Shown here piece by piece: positions 36,879 to 48,087 of a stretch of DNA of 64,000 nucleotides. Position numbers and translations under genes: made by a program. The stretch lies in assembly GCA_030704615.1 (NCBI GenBank), contig CM060731.1, positions 88,908,001-88,972,000 on the forward strand, written 5' to 3'. The notes under the pieces are model-generated. The model was given only the letters and a program-made list of their open reading frames with translations, ran no database searches and was not told the origin of the DNA. This DNA is from Takakia lepidozioides. Lineage: Eukaryota; Plantae; Bryophyta. Each line of letters begins with the position of its first letter. Within the stretch, counting starts at the first letter, position 1.

Positions 36879-39830
36879 GTGGAGGAGGTGCACATTGTGA
36901 GTGTCATTACGGAGTTACCCAAGGGTTTTGAGGGGAGTACGGCTACAGGCAGTAACAGTGAGAGTGGGTTCACAAGACGAGGTATTCGATTCAGACCACC
37001 TTCACCGCCACCCTCAATTACTGTAGAGTCAGACACAGACTCGGAGGCTTCATCAACAGGTGTGCACTTTCATTCGCCATTGTTGTGGGACGACATGGAG
37101 GAGATGTATGGAGCTACCAAGGGGCCTCGTAGGTACTCTGGAGCTGTGGGCACAATCGAGTTGGATGACTTTATCTAGGAGTTCGACAGCTGGTGTGATT
37201 TGCAGCAGATGCGCAATCCACAACTATTCACCCCATTCATGGCGTGGAAGGGACTGTTTCAGCATTTGGAAGGCCCGCCTATGGACGATTACCACAAGTT
37301 CAGGCGAGGACATGAAGCAGAGATTGAGGAGTGGAGGATGTATTGGTCACCTGACTACGTCTCCATTACTCAAGGCACGACGCGACCAGTAGCTGCATCA
37401 GTACCAATAGCTCCCACTGCCAGCACTAGTAGTGGAGCAAGTAGTGCTGGTACTTCTGTAGGTGGTACCAGTTCAAAAGGTGCTACTACTCTTCCTGCCA
37501 CGACTACAACACATGTGCCTAGATTCAACCCGGTGGTGGAGTTCTTCCAGGAGTTGCGGAAGAACTACCAAGGTGTACGGACAGAGAAGCTGCGAAGTTT
37601 GCAAGACTTCCAGCGCAAACCCAGTGAGAGCCTGCGAAAGGCGTATACTCGTATGAGGCGCTTGATAAGTGTGACCCAAGGGGTTACTGAAGCTCAGGCA
37701 ATCCAGTTTTGGTATGGAATTCTAGACAAGGAGCTCAAGAGAAGGGTGCGAGATGCAACCCTATTACAAGCAGCCCAACCCACATTAGCAGATGTGTTTC
37801 TGCTGGCTGAGCGGATTGAGCTCAACATGGTGGAGGAGCGAGTTGTTACCATTGGATTTGGCAAGGACATGCCTACACGGGGCACAACTGTGAGCCCACA
37901 GGCACAAGGGACTGCCCAACAGCGTGGTCAGGGGGGCAAGGTTGCCCAGCCCAAGTTCCATGGAGCTTACAGGGGACCTCAGGAGCAGAGGCCCGTGGCA
38001 TCTTTTGCAGGCCAGCAGCAACCAGGGGTGATATGTTGGACATGTGGAGGACCCCATGTCAAGAGAGATTGCCCAGAGAGTGGCAAAAGGCCGGCACAAG
38101 CACAGCCTGCACAGTTGCAGTGTGGGCATTGCGGCAAGTATGGGCATGGAGATGCCCAGTGTTATGACTTGCATCCTGACTTGCGCCCAGGCCAGTTCCA
38201 AGGGAATAATGGTGGTCGGGGGCGAGGTGGACCAGCCCAAAGAGGACGAGGTGGTCGGGCACGAGGTGCAGGCCAAAGGCAAGCTCCACATGGCCAAGGA
38301 CGCGGAGGTCAGGGTGTTGACCAAGGCATGGCCAATCGGCTTCAGCAGCTAGAGCAGAGGCTCGCTGCCATGGCTATAGCTCAGGCGGTACCGGCTCCCA
38401 GGCGGGATGGTCCACCTCCTGCTCCTGAGGGAGGAGATATGGGAGGCATGGGATTCATGTGCGGAGCAGCACTACCACTAGAGCAGGTGGAGTCTGCTGC
38501 AGCAGTGACTCGAGGAGCAGCACGAGTTCCTGAGCCACGAGGTGCAGAGGTGGAATTGGATCCCCAGCGTGGGGAGGCAAGCCGTCAGGCGAGGCTTCCT
38601 CAGTCATTCACATTGGCGGAGACTGTGTTGACGCCATCCATGGCACCTAGTTCTCGCCCGACTGTTACCGAGGCGCAAGTTACTATGCCATTGGGGAGAG
38701 CTACACGTGCAGCACTGACACCTGCTACCAAGGCTAGTGCAGCCGGTGTGTTATTGGGGGCAGCCACCTCTGTGTGTCAAGCCCCATTGTTCTCGGCAAC
38801 CATGATTGCGACGCCGGGGGTAAGGCCAGCTGCAGTGTTCAGACTAGCAGCAACACTCTGTGAGAGTGGGGAGGTCACTTCATCTTCTGCGGAGTTAGTG
38901 GAAGGTGTAGTGGCAGAGGGATCCTCGGATTTGAGGGTCAAGACTGCCATGGCTGCGCCCTGGCAAGCTGCAGCTGCCAGGTTGACGGAGCTGCCAGCTA
39001 GGCCAGCCTTTGAGCGCGCCATGGTGACACCTGGAGTTGTCTTGTTAGACAACCAGGATGGCATTTTCTCTTTGAGTGGACCGGCAGGCAAGAAGTACCG
39101 GCCATTGCGGGTCTTGTTGGACTCGGGAGCTCAGCCACTGATGTTGGGCAGAGCTGCTATTGCAGGTTTGGGCCTTATCGAGGCGGATATGGAGCCTTGT
39201 CCTTTCCAGATACAGACATCTCTGGGAGGATCAGAGCAGGCTCGGGGCATGACACGGCATCAGTTGGCCATTAGACTACAGCCGGATCATCCTATCGATG
39301 GCTCAGTAATGCGAGCCAAGGCCATTGTAACAGACGCGGTCTCTTATGATGTCCTCGTTGGTGGGGCAGTGTTATACCCCATGGGCTTCACCCTGGATTT
39401 TTGGGAGGAGTCAGCATTCTACAGGCCTGGATGGCAGTCAGGGGATGGTCGTCGTGCACAGCTCCCTGTAACATTCATTGGGGGTATTGCGGCTGCCCAG
39501 CGGGGCAAGATGCCAACACTAGCCGCCTTTACAGCTGCAGTTAGTTGGCCTGGAGAGTTGCTGGAAGGCAATGCCCATGTAGAGGATGTGCCACCTCCAG
39601 CAGAGCAGGATGATATGCATGGTATGGCGGAGTTGCCTGCCATGATTACTCACACTCCATTGTGGGGTACGAGCAAGGATTTGCAGCAGGTTGCTGATCG
39701 ACGGGTGCAACAAGCCTGGGTAGAGGCTTTTGTACCGTCAGGAGAGGAGGAGAGTGCGGGTATTGCACCAGGACCACCTCAGTTGTCACCATTGGATACC
39801 ACACCTATTGTGTGGCAGTATCCGGATAAA
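36879..39830 (+). CDS. gag: Gag (two zinc knuckles) and aspartic protease; one in-frame TAG at 37176
   Basis: LQDFQRKPSESLRKAYTRM; CWTCGGPHVKRDC and CGHCGKYGHGDAQC; VLLDSGAQP ... YDVLVGG. Confidence 0.9.
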
Positions 39831-40775
39831 GACATTTGCCTTTTGGACTTGTTTGGCAGAATCAGCACCGAATTGGCTGCTGTGCTACAGGCAGGTGTGC
39901 GGGTAAGGCGTTACCTGTATGTGGAGAGGGATGAGATTGCACGACGCGTCTCACTACGCCATGTTGCTCAGTTGGTACAACAATATCCTGCTTTGTTGCC
40001 AGTGTCTGCAGTTCGTGGATACCAACAAGCCTTGCCATTAGACATTTCGTTGCTGGGGGCGCCGGATTTGGAGCAGATTGGCTCCATTGATCTGGTAGTG
40101 GCAGGTTGGCCCTGCAAGGGCATTCATCAGCCGGGCATGGCAATGGATTGCGAGACTCGAGGACGGGTCTGTTTTGGGAGATGGTGCGGATTTTGCGCCA
40201 CTTGCAGCTTTATCAAGCTGTATCGCCAGGGAGAATGTGCCACTGATGGGCGATTCTCGGGCCAGGGTGATGGCCAGTGTGCATCAAGTCCGGTCATGGC
40301 TTGGGTTAGCAATGCTGCTGGATGCAGCTGCAGTGGGATCACGGGCTCATCGTCCACGGCTATGGTGGACTAACTTGATGCCACCTGCACTACTCAAGCG
40401 TGCATTTGATGGGGTGCAGCGGCCAGCACACCTCACCGTGGATGGCATTTTGGACACAGGGAGGCAGTCTCAACGTGTGAGACACGATGACCGTTCGCCT
40501 TTGGCAGTGGTCAACAGGGTGGGTCAACCACGAGCAACATTACCTACACTGCTCAGCTTCCCAGGATCCCATGCTTTTCGGGATGGTGGACCTGGCCTCC
40601 TATGGGATGCTCAGTTGCAGCAGTTAGTGGAGCCTAATGCCGACGAGCGAGAGCGGGCTATGGGGTTTTCCACTGGGACCACGGCGGTGCCTTCTCTTTT
40701 TGAGGCAGCACGGCGTCAGGTGTTGGGGCAAGCAATGGATCTCAATTGCTTGACTTGGATTATCAGCTTGGCTAT
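39831..40775 (+). pseudogene. C5-cytosine DNA methyltransferase domain, DNMT3/DRM-like, in frame with gag-PR at its start; frameshifted
   Basis: Motif I LLDLFGRI; II YVERD; IV DLVVAGWPC(QG.S.AG after restoring 1 nt) then GLFWEMVRIL; VI ENV; VIII AHRPRLWWTNL; IX ERERAMGF..GTT; X RRQVLGQAM. Confidence 0.9.
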
Positions 40776-41199
40776 GGCTGAGCAACGTAGAGTGCGGAGT
40801 GCATTCCCCTTCATGGTCTCTCTGCCTACCGAGACGGTACAGGCAGCGAGTGGGGGCGAGCCGGTGAGGACCACGGGGTGTAGACATCCATGGCACACGT
40901 GGGAGGTGCTCGAGGTCCAAAGGGAGTTGGCAGCCAAGGCAGCTGTGATGGATGAGGTTGGGGATTTTTCTCGGGTTGAGGAGGTTCTCAATGATGAGAT
41001 GATGGGGCAGGATGAGGCCTTGTCATTGACTGAGCAGGAAGGGGGTACTGCTCAAGAGGTTGCAGCATAGCAACCACGGGACGCGTCCTCTACCTCTAAG
41101 CCCACTGGACTTAAGGTTGCAGTTACGGAGGACAATTGGGAGCCTGACATTGGACCCATTGTCACCGGAGGAGAGAGACGACGTATACGGCGGGTCCTG

Positions 41200-41480
41200 A
41201 GGGCTTACAGGAATTGCTTTGCCTTCAGTTTGAAGGACTTGGGAGCACTGAAGGGTCAAGAGATCCGTATTGAGTTGGCCACTGACACGCCAATCTTTCG
41301 GAGACCCTATAGATACAATGACATGGAGAGGTCTTTGATTCAGATGAGGACTCAAGATCTCTGGGAGGCAGGTTTGGTGGAGCTCTCTGGTGGAGAGTAT
41401 GCTTCAGCCACAGTGATGCCAGCTAAGCATCGACCGGGTTTGGTCAATCGCAATGCAGATGGGTTGAGTCACAATCCATG
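41200..41480 (+). pseudogene. Start of Gypsy RT fused in frame to the end of RNase H (internal deletion)
   Basis: IRIELATDTPIFRRPYR...LWEAGLVE..EYASATVMPAK joined directly to HRPGLVNRNADGLS at 41427/41428. Confidence 0.85.
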
Positions 41481-41769
41481 CACGAGCCAGCAGGATGACA
41501 CTGGAGCTCGGTGGCATGGTGAGACGGACGAGGAGATGGTGCCCGGATGGCATGCATCTGCATTTCTGTGTATCTTGGCAGCGGAAGGCCAGGTTGGACC
41601 TGCAACAGGGATGACTGTAGATCAAGTGTCTGAGAACCCTGAGGCCAGCAATGAGCAAGGTGGCGCCAAAGATATACATGATGATTCAGTTGTGTTGGAC
41701 TACCTCCGCACTGGAGACACGGCAGCCACTGTGACTACCAAGGAGAGGGATCGGATCCTACAATGAGCC

Positions 41770-43116
41770 AAGAGGTTCAAGTGGGAGGGGACACACCTGC
41801 TCCGAGTGTGGGAGGATGGTCGAGTGAGGATTGTGCCTCACCCAACACAGCGGGCACGGTTAGTGCGCCATGCCCATGAGGAGTTGGGGCATTTTGGGGT
41901 GCGACGCACTCATAGTCTACTGCAGGGGCAGTATTGGTGGCGTGGTATGCACACAGAGGTGCAACAATTTGTGGCTAGGTGCATGGTGTGTGTGACAGGG
42001 TGCGTGCTTCATTCAACGCCCTACTCCACAATTGCACCCTCTTCCGATCATGGGATTGGGCTACAGGTGGAGTCTTGACTTCGCAGGGCCGTTGCCACTG
42101 ACCATGCGCCACAACAAGTACGTGTTGGTGATGGTGGAGCACTTCTCCAAGTGGATTGAATTGGTTCCATTGCCTGATAAGGCTAGTGAGGGAGCTGCAT
42201 ATGCATTCCTGGATTGTGTGCTTAGCCGATTCGGTGCTCCAGCTGAGGTACTCACGGACCAAGGGAGAGAGTTCTTGGGGAGTTTCAGGCTTTGTGTGAC
42301 AAGGCCTTGATAGACCACCGCACCACTTCTCGGGATCATCCTGAGGCCGATGGCTTGGCAGAGAGAGTTGTTCAGACAGTAAAGAGGGGTTTGCGCAAGT
42401 ATGGCTTGCAGAAGGGACACCTAGGAGATTGGGACCTTCAGTTACCCTGGTTAGCCATGGGCTACAGGTTCAGCAAGCAAGCATCACTTGCCTCCTTCTC
42501 ACCATACTTTCTTCTCTTTGGCCGAGAGCCGGATTTGCCTACATCCATTCGCAGAGAAGCTGCTACAGTTCTTAACCTTGACGATTCGGACGTGTGGGCA
42601 CGTGCATGTGAGCAACGTGCAGAGTTGTTCAAGAGAGTCATGCCCATGGCTTTCGAGAACCTTGCCATTGCACAACACCGTGATACGTTGAGGTATGCTA
42701 CCATACGTGGTGGGGGCTATCGTCCTGGGGTTCGGAGATTCAACCCTGGTGAATATGTCTATCTGCAGCAGACTGCTCCTACGACCCTGGATGTGACTGC
42801 AGGACGTGTTATTTTGAGGGTTCGAGAGGTCTTGCCCTCAGGCGTCTTGGTCTTGGAGGGTCGGGATGGCATAACTTGGAAGGACCATGTGCGTAATTGT
42901 GCGCCATGTCACCTTCCGAATGTCGATGGCAGGATTGACCCAAACCTGGCAGTGGTATCTGCAGGTTTGAGGTGCATGTTGTGTGGGTCTGCTAAAGGGG
43001 CAGCCACCATGCTGGTGTGCGATCGATGCTCTAGAGGTTGGCATATGGGATGCTTGACTCCACTTCTTGAGATGGTTTCTGATGGGGATTGGTTATGTCC
43101 ACATTGCATTGGATAG
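41770..43116 (+). pseudogene. DDE integrase with a C-terminal PHD finger; frameshifted
   Basis: HAHEELGHFG..YWW..CMVC; WSLDFAGP; TDQGREF; HPEADGLAER; SPYFLLFGR; PHD CMLC..CDRC..WHMGC..WLCPHC (C4HC3). Confidence 0.92.
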
Positions 43117-43374
43117 TGGGAGTGGATACAACCATGGAAGGCTAACAAGCAACGCAAGGCCCAGCGACTAGGAGACCTTGAACACACGAGATCCTGGCTC
43201 AAGTTCACAGATTGCAAGACGGCGACTAACGATGGGGCTACTCTTGTACCCGGCCCCTTGGTCTATAGAGTTTGAGTACAATAGGGACAGTGATAGAGGA
43301 CTTAGTACGGCTGTGGCTATTACATCTTGTAGCTATCTGGAGGTAGAGGGACCTATCCACCAGCTAGGGGGGCG

Positions 43375-43461
43375 ATTGTGGCAGACTACTTTATTGTGCA
43401 TATATGTGTGGTGTGGTTTGGACAGCGATGTAGTTGTGTAGCGATATGTATGCGCACGACA
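43375..43461 (+). repeat. Repeat B1 (87 bp), preceded by PPT-like AGGGGGGCG
   Basis: Matches 43812-43898 with one substitution. Confidence 0.95.
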
Positions 43462-43463
43462 GC

Positions 43464-43811
43464 TGTCAAGTTAAATAAGCACAGTGTGAAAACAGCTAGA
43501 ATAAAACTAGTTATTTGTATTTAACACTTGGATTTAGGTCAAGTGTTAAATCAGGTGTCAAGTTTAGTTTGACACCTGGTCCGTCTTATCTTCACGAGAG
43601 CGGCAGTCGCGCGGCTCATCTCTCTCGAGTTGAGCCTGCGCGACCGAGCTCCTGCATGTGTTTAGGTTTGAGTGTGCTTATGTAGGGGTACAGATTGTTG
43701 TGGGGTGGAGTCCCCATAGCTTGGGGTGCCCCTGGCTCGACTTCTGTTTCAATGAGTGATAGCGATGGATTTTATATTTCTTGTGTTGGGAGTGTGTGTC
43801 CTTTTTTTAGC
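43464..43811 (+). repeat. Repeat A2 (348 bp)
   Basis: Direct repeat of A1. Confidence 0.95.
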
Positions 43812-43898
43812 ATTGTGGCAGACTACTTTATTGTGCATATATGTGTGGTGTGGTTTGGACAACGATGTAGTTGTGTAGCGATATGTATGCGCACGACA
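43812..43898 (+). repeat. Repeat B2 (87 bp), element 3' terminus
   Basis: Direct repeat of B1, followed by the TSD TCCC. Confidence 0.95.
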
Positions 43899-44701
43899 TC
43901 CCACATCAAGCCAAATTAAACTTGTGTAGACATGAATGTGGTATTTTGCTGGTTGTTTGCTATATTTAATATTAATAACATTACTACTGGTCAATGTGGT
44001 TCATAATACAATTATTATCCATGTTTTAAATAAGCTTTTGTTTAAATGAAACAAAACAAATCAAAATTCTAAAACAATAATATATTACATATTAAATCAA
44101 GCAGCCAATGGCTTTTGGGGTGCTATCCCATTTATTATAAGAATAATAATAATAATAATATGACTATTCATTTTGGCATTTGTCAACAAATAATAATTGT
44201 TTACTTTTCATCCAATAGGAACAAAAGAGTGGATGTGACAGTATTCACACTAGTGTCATTGCGATCACACCACGACTTGAACCTGGTGTTAAATCTGTGT
44301 GAGAGAGTCCGTAAGAAGAGCCCTTAATATCTATTATTTATTTAATAATTCTGATGGACTCTATTACGTGGCATTCCCTTTGACATACATGTGGCAAACA
44401 TGGTGGCGCCGAGGTGTAACAAGTACCGTAGAAAGACCATTAAGATTACTTAGTCAAAATAGTAGTTGAACTAACCAGTCAAAACGACCGTCAAAATATC
44501 CGTCAAAAGAGCCACCTAAGCCTACTGCCACATCAGGTGCAAGTTTGGTGTGAGATGGTTTTTTTCACAGGACCAAGAAAGTTCACATGTGGTGCAAAGG
44601 ACTAGGTTAACCTAACACCAAGGGGGGGGTGTGAACTTGCGTTTTTTTCACACCAAAATGTGTGAGAAGAGCCGTTAAAAAAACCAGTTTCTGTACTAGT
44701 G

Positions 44702-47700
44702 AAGTGGTTGGACAGTTTATGGTGGAGTACATTGGAAAGGGTCCATTTTTGGATATGTAGTTTGGTATGGCTAAGAGAAGCTGAGGCTTGTTTGTTGGCT
44801 TCTTTAGTCAGAGTCTTAAGAAGGTTCCGAATTGGCCTAGGTTCCGGGGGGTCAGGTACTGGGTGGATTAGCTAGAAATGGTGTGCATGAGCAATGTGAA
44901 TGGGGTCGGTCGAAGGTTCTACTGAGGGTTTGGAGGCCCCCGGCTGGGCGAGGAGGTCAGCCTCCTCGTTGCCAGTGATACCAGTGTGAGAATGAACTTT
45001 GAGAAAATGAATAGGTTTATCGATGGAAATAACGAGTTTGATAATTGCGGAAATAAGGTTACAATCAGGGTGATGTGGTGGGAGGAGGGGCAAGCGAGAT
45101 GATTACTAAGTAAAAAGAGGGAGTTGAGGCTGTCCGTAAAAATGTAGTATGGTGGTGGGAAGACATTTAATTATGAGAGAGCTTAAAAAATAGCCATAAG
45201 TTCGGCACGAAGTATGGTTGCGGAGTGGTGGGCCGTCCCTTTGTTAGTGGCGGCATGGTAGATGCCATATCTGGCATGGGAGCCAGATTGGGAGCCGTTG
45301 GCGTAGAGTGAGTGGAGAGTGGGGTATTTGGGGGAAAGTGAACTGGGGGAGCGTCATATGGGGTTATATAGTGGATGGTAGTGGGGCGGGGAGGTGCATT
45401 GGCCCATAATTTGTTAGATATTGGCCTAGGAGTAGGACTGGTAGAGAGGCTGTGTGAAGGTGGGAGCGGATAGGTGGTGATTAACATGTTGTGGGTATTG
45501 GCTAGGAGATGATTGAGGCGAGTGGGGAAGTCGTGGGGTAAGGAGGTGTGGGGGGTAGCTTGGACTAGATGAATTAGGGTTAGTGAGGGTTCCTTGTGGC
45601 GGAGGTATTTAGGGAAGGGCAGGTTGCATGTATAGCGTAGCTGGTTGGGTTCAATGGCGACTAGTGGTGTCACCCCCGAGGGAAGTTGTAGGAGGGGGGT
45701 GTTGATGGTCATGTGAGTTTTGCTGTGTTAAAATGAGGATAGTGGCGGCGGAGGAGGAGGAGCGGACGGCAAGGCGTGCCCACTGAAGGGCCTCATGCGA
45801 GAGGGGCCCGAGAGGCGGGTGGGCAAGGCCACTGCCTGACCAGGTATGTTGAGTTGCGGAGCCTAGGGCTCCAAATACACAGTGTCGAGGGTGTGGGTTG
45901 TCATAGGAAGAGCTCAAGGGGGCAAGTGAGCGGGCTTGAGTAATATGAATGGGTAATCTGGAATGAGGTGATAAGAAACTTAAGGATGTCCTGGGGGATG
46001 GCGCAGTGGGTATAGGCTTGGGCTAGTTTGTCCAGGGTATGAGGTTTTTTGGTGGGGGTGTCGTGTAGATACCTAGCAACAAGCCAGCAAACCTCAGTGG
46101 CAAAGTCTTGCCTAGGGGGTTGTAGCTGGCTAGTGGGGGTGGTGGACGCGGTGTATCGGGTCCAGAGCCAAGCTAGCCTAACATGCGAGATAGACCCAAC
46201 GAAGTGGCCATTTAGAGTGTAGATGTGGGATGCTATCCGGCTAGGGCATATGATGGGGGAGACTTGGTCAATATCTTTGTCAGGGTAGCACTCATAGGTT
46301 TGTATAAGGATTTTTGGAGTGACTAGGGGGTTGTGAATGTATCGGACGTCCATCGTTTGGGGTTGGGAGACATGCTGTTTGTGGGTGTGCGCTAGGTATT
46401 TGGTGTAGTTGATTTGTGGAAAATGGTGAGGAGGTCTCAGTTGTGGGCAGGGTCGCAGTCATCATGGGTCCCGAAGAGGTCTTCTTCGATTTGCCAAGTG
46501 TATAAGTAGTATGTATCGACACAGGTGGCGCCAAAAGCGTCAAGGGAGGTTTGGGTTTTGATGCCTAGAATAGCCTCAACAACGAAGGCCTCGGGGTGGT
46601 CAGAGTTGTCTAGGCCGTTGGGGTTAAGCGGGGAAGTGGGAAGTGGGAAGTGGGGAGCTAGAAGGGGTGAGTTGATATTGATTAGTGGCGGGATTGGGGG
46701 AGGGAGAGATAGGGGGGTGTCTAGGGGGGGGGGGGGAGTGGGGCGCCCGTGAGAGTGGTGAGAGGATTTGATCCGTTGGAGTATTGAGGGAGCCGGGGCT
46801 GTTCTAAAAGCAGGGAGGAGTGGGAAGAGCGAGCATGGGAAATCACAGTTAAGAGTACAAGAAGTTGTTGGATGACATAAGAGGGAGCGGAGGTGTGGGG
46901 TATCTACATGTTTTGATAGTAGCACGGGAGTGTTTCAAGGTAAATTGACTGGGAGTTAATAGCCGAACATCGTCGGCTGTGGTGAGTTGGGTGAGGTTAG
47001 ATATATGACGAGTTTTGAAGTAGGCAAGGATGAGTTTCTTTTGTCGTGGGTGTGAGGTTTCAAATTGTGAGAGAAATGGGCTGGCAAGCCAAACACGTTT
47101 AAGTGGTGAGATACTGATTGAATATACGGGTAAGTCAGTTTGTATGCTAATCTTTATTTGACGTAGGATGAATAGTGTACGGGCGGTTGGGGAGTGGAGG
47201 CAGCACTGGGGATGGAGAGTGGGGAGGGAGTATAATCCATTATATTTAGCGGCCAGGTATTTAAGGAGCCCTCTAAAAATTAGCCCTAGGCGGCCAGGGT
47301 CGTTGAGGGCTTCTTGAAGTTGAGATCCTAGGGTGCGGGCATATGAAATAATTAGGGGGCTAGATCCGATTCCATAGCTATCCTGGGGAAGTTGAGTGAG
47401 AACGTTCGAGGTGCTAGTGGGTAGTCCACAGATTCGTTTGGTGATGAACTAGTAGAAAACTGCCTCACTGAGCCTTCAGCAACCTCACCAATGGATAATC
47501 TTTTTGTCGAGTTGTTTGATGTCAGGAAGAGAGAAGGGAGCTGCGTGAAAGGCGTATTGGACTTGTGGTTTTAGGACTGTTTGGATGATAGCAAGTTTAG
47601 GGCGGATGGAGATCGGGGATTTGAGTAGGGCTATGCTTCTGTCGGTTAATTTAGAAGTGTGGTGCTTTTCTGTACATGCTAGGTGAGAGAGGGAATCGGT

Positions 47701-47765
47701 TGTATGCCCAGATGAGTATAGGGCTCATCTGGGCCTAGGAAGGGAAAGGGTTTTTGTTGGTAATG
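44702..47765 (-). mobile_element. 5'-truncated, degenerate non-LTR retrotransposon (LINE) with RT thumb, extra domains and RNase H; a short continuation lies at ~14750-14799
   Basis: PFLGPDEPYTHLGI, VQYAFHAAPFSLPDIKQLDKKI (RT end); YIFTDSLNSL, HFLKVHSHTGITGNEEADLLA (RNase H). Confidence 0.85.
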
Positions 47766-48087
47766 TATGTGGAGTTTACAATGTGATGCAATCATGGATT
47801 TTGTGAGTTTACTGAGGTGTGTGGCAGCAGTGACCACGCATTTGCGTAATATATACAAGTTTATGGTCTATCCAACATCCCTTTGTTTAATACTAGATAA
47901 GTAATGTCGGGGAGGCACATTTGCCTAAACATGACTAATTGAGAGTCATAAATTGTCGTGCTTATAATTTTGAATTGTAGTTGCATATGAAAAGAAGTCA
48001 TGAATACTTACAATTGTTTTGTTGATACAAATTATTATATAAATATCTATGCGAAAATCTCATAATGAGATTTAAGTTATTGCACAT

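Larger units (their letters stand above)
33849..43898 (+). mobile_element. Gypsy-type retroelement with split direct repeats (A...B-A-B), a C5-DNA methyltransferase and a PHD finger; defective copy
   Basis: Ends TGTC...GACA; TSD TCCC (33845-33848 and 43899-43902); gag-PR-DNMT-(RT/RH deleted)-IN-PHD. Confidence 0.9.
14800..44701. mobile_element. CACTA (En/Spm) DNA transposon, ~29.9 kb including two large nested insertions
   Basis: Termini CACTAGT (14800) and ACTAGTG (44701); 3-bp TSD AAG (14797-14799 and 44702-44704); joining the flanks gives an open minus-strand LINE-like frame (..KLSNH|FSTRLL..); contains TnpD- and TnpA-like genes. Confidence 0.8.

Noticed and set aside
33849-43811. Ordinary two-LTR element with A1 and A2 as LTRs
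   Set aside because: A1 does not end in CA, the PPT precedes B1 rather than A2, and the TSD follows B2.
33849-43898. DIRS/PAT/Ngaro tyrosine-recombinase element
   Set aside because: The repeat layout fits, but I saw no YR (R-H-R-Y) ORF; a DDE integrase, a protease, TG...CA ends and a TSD are present instead.
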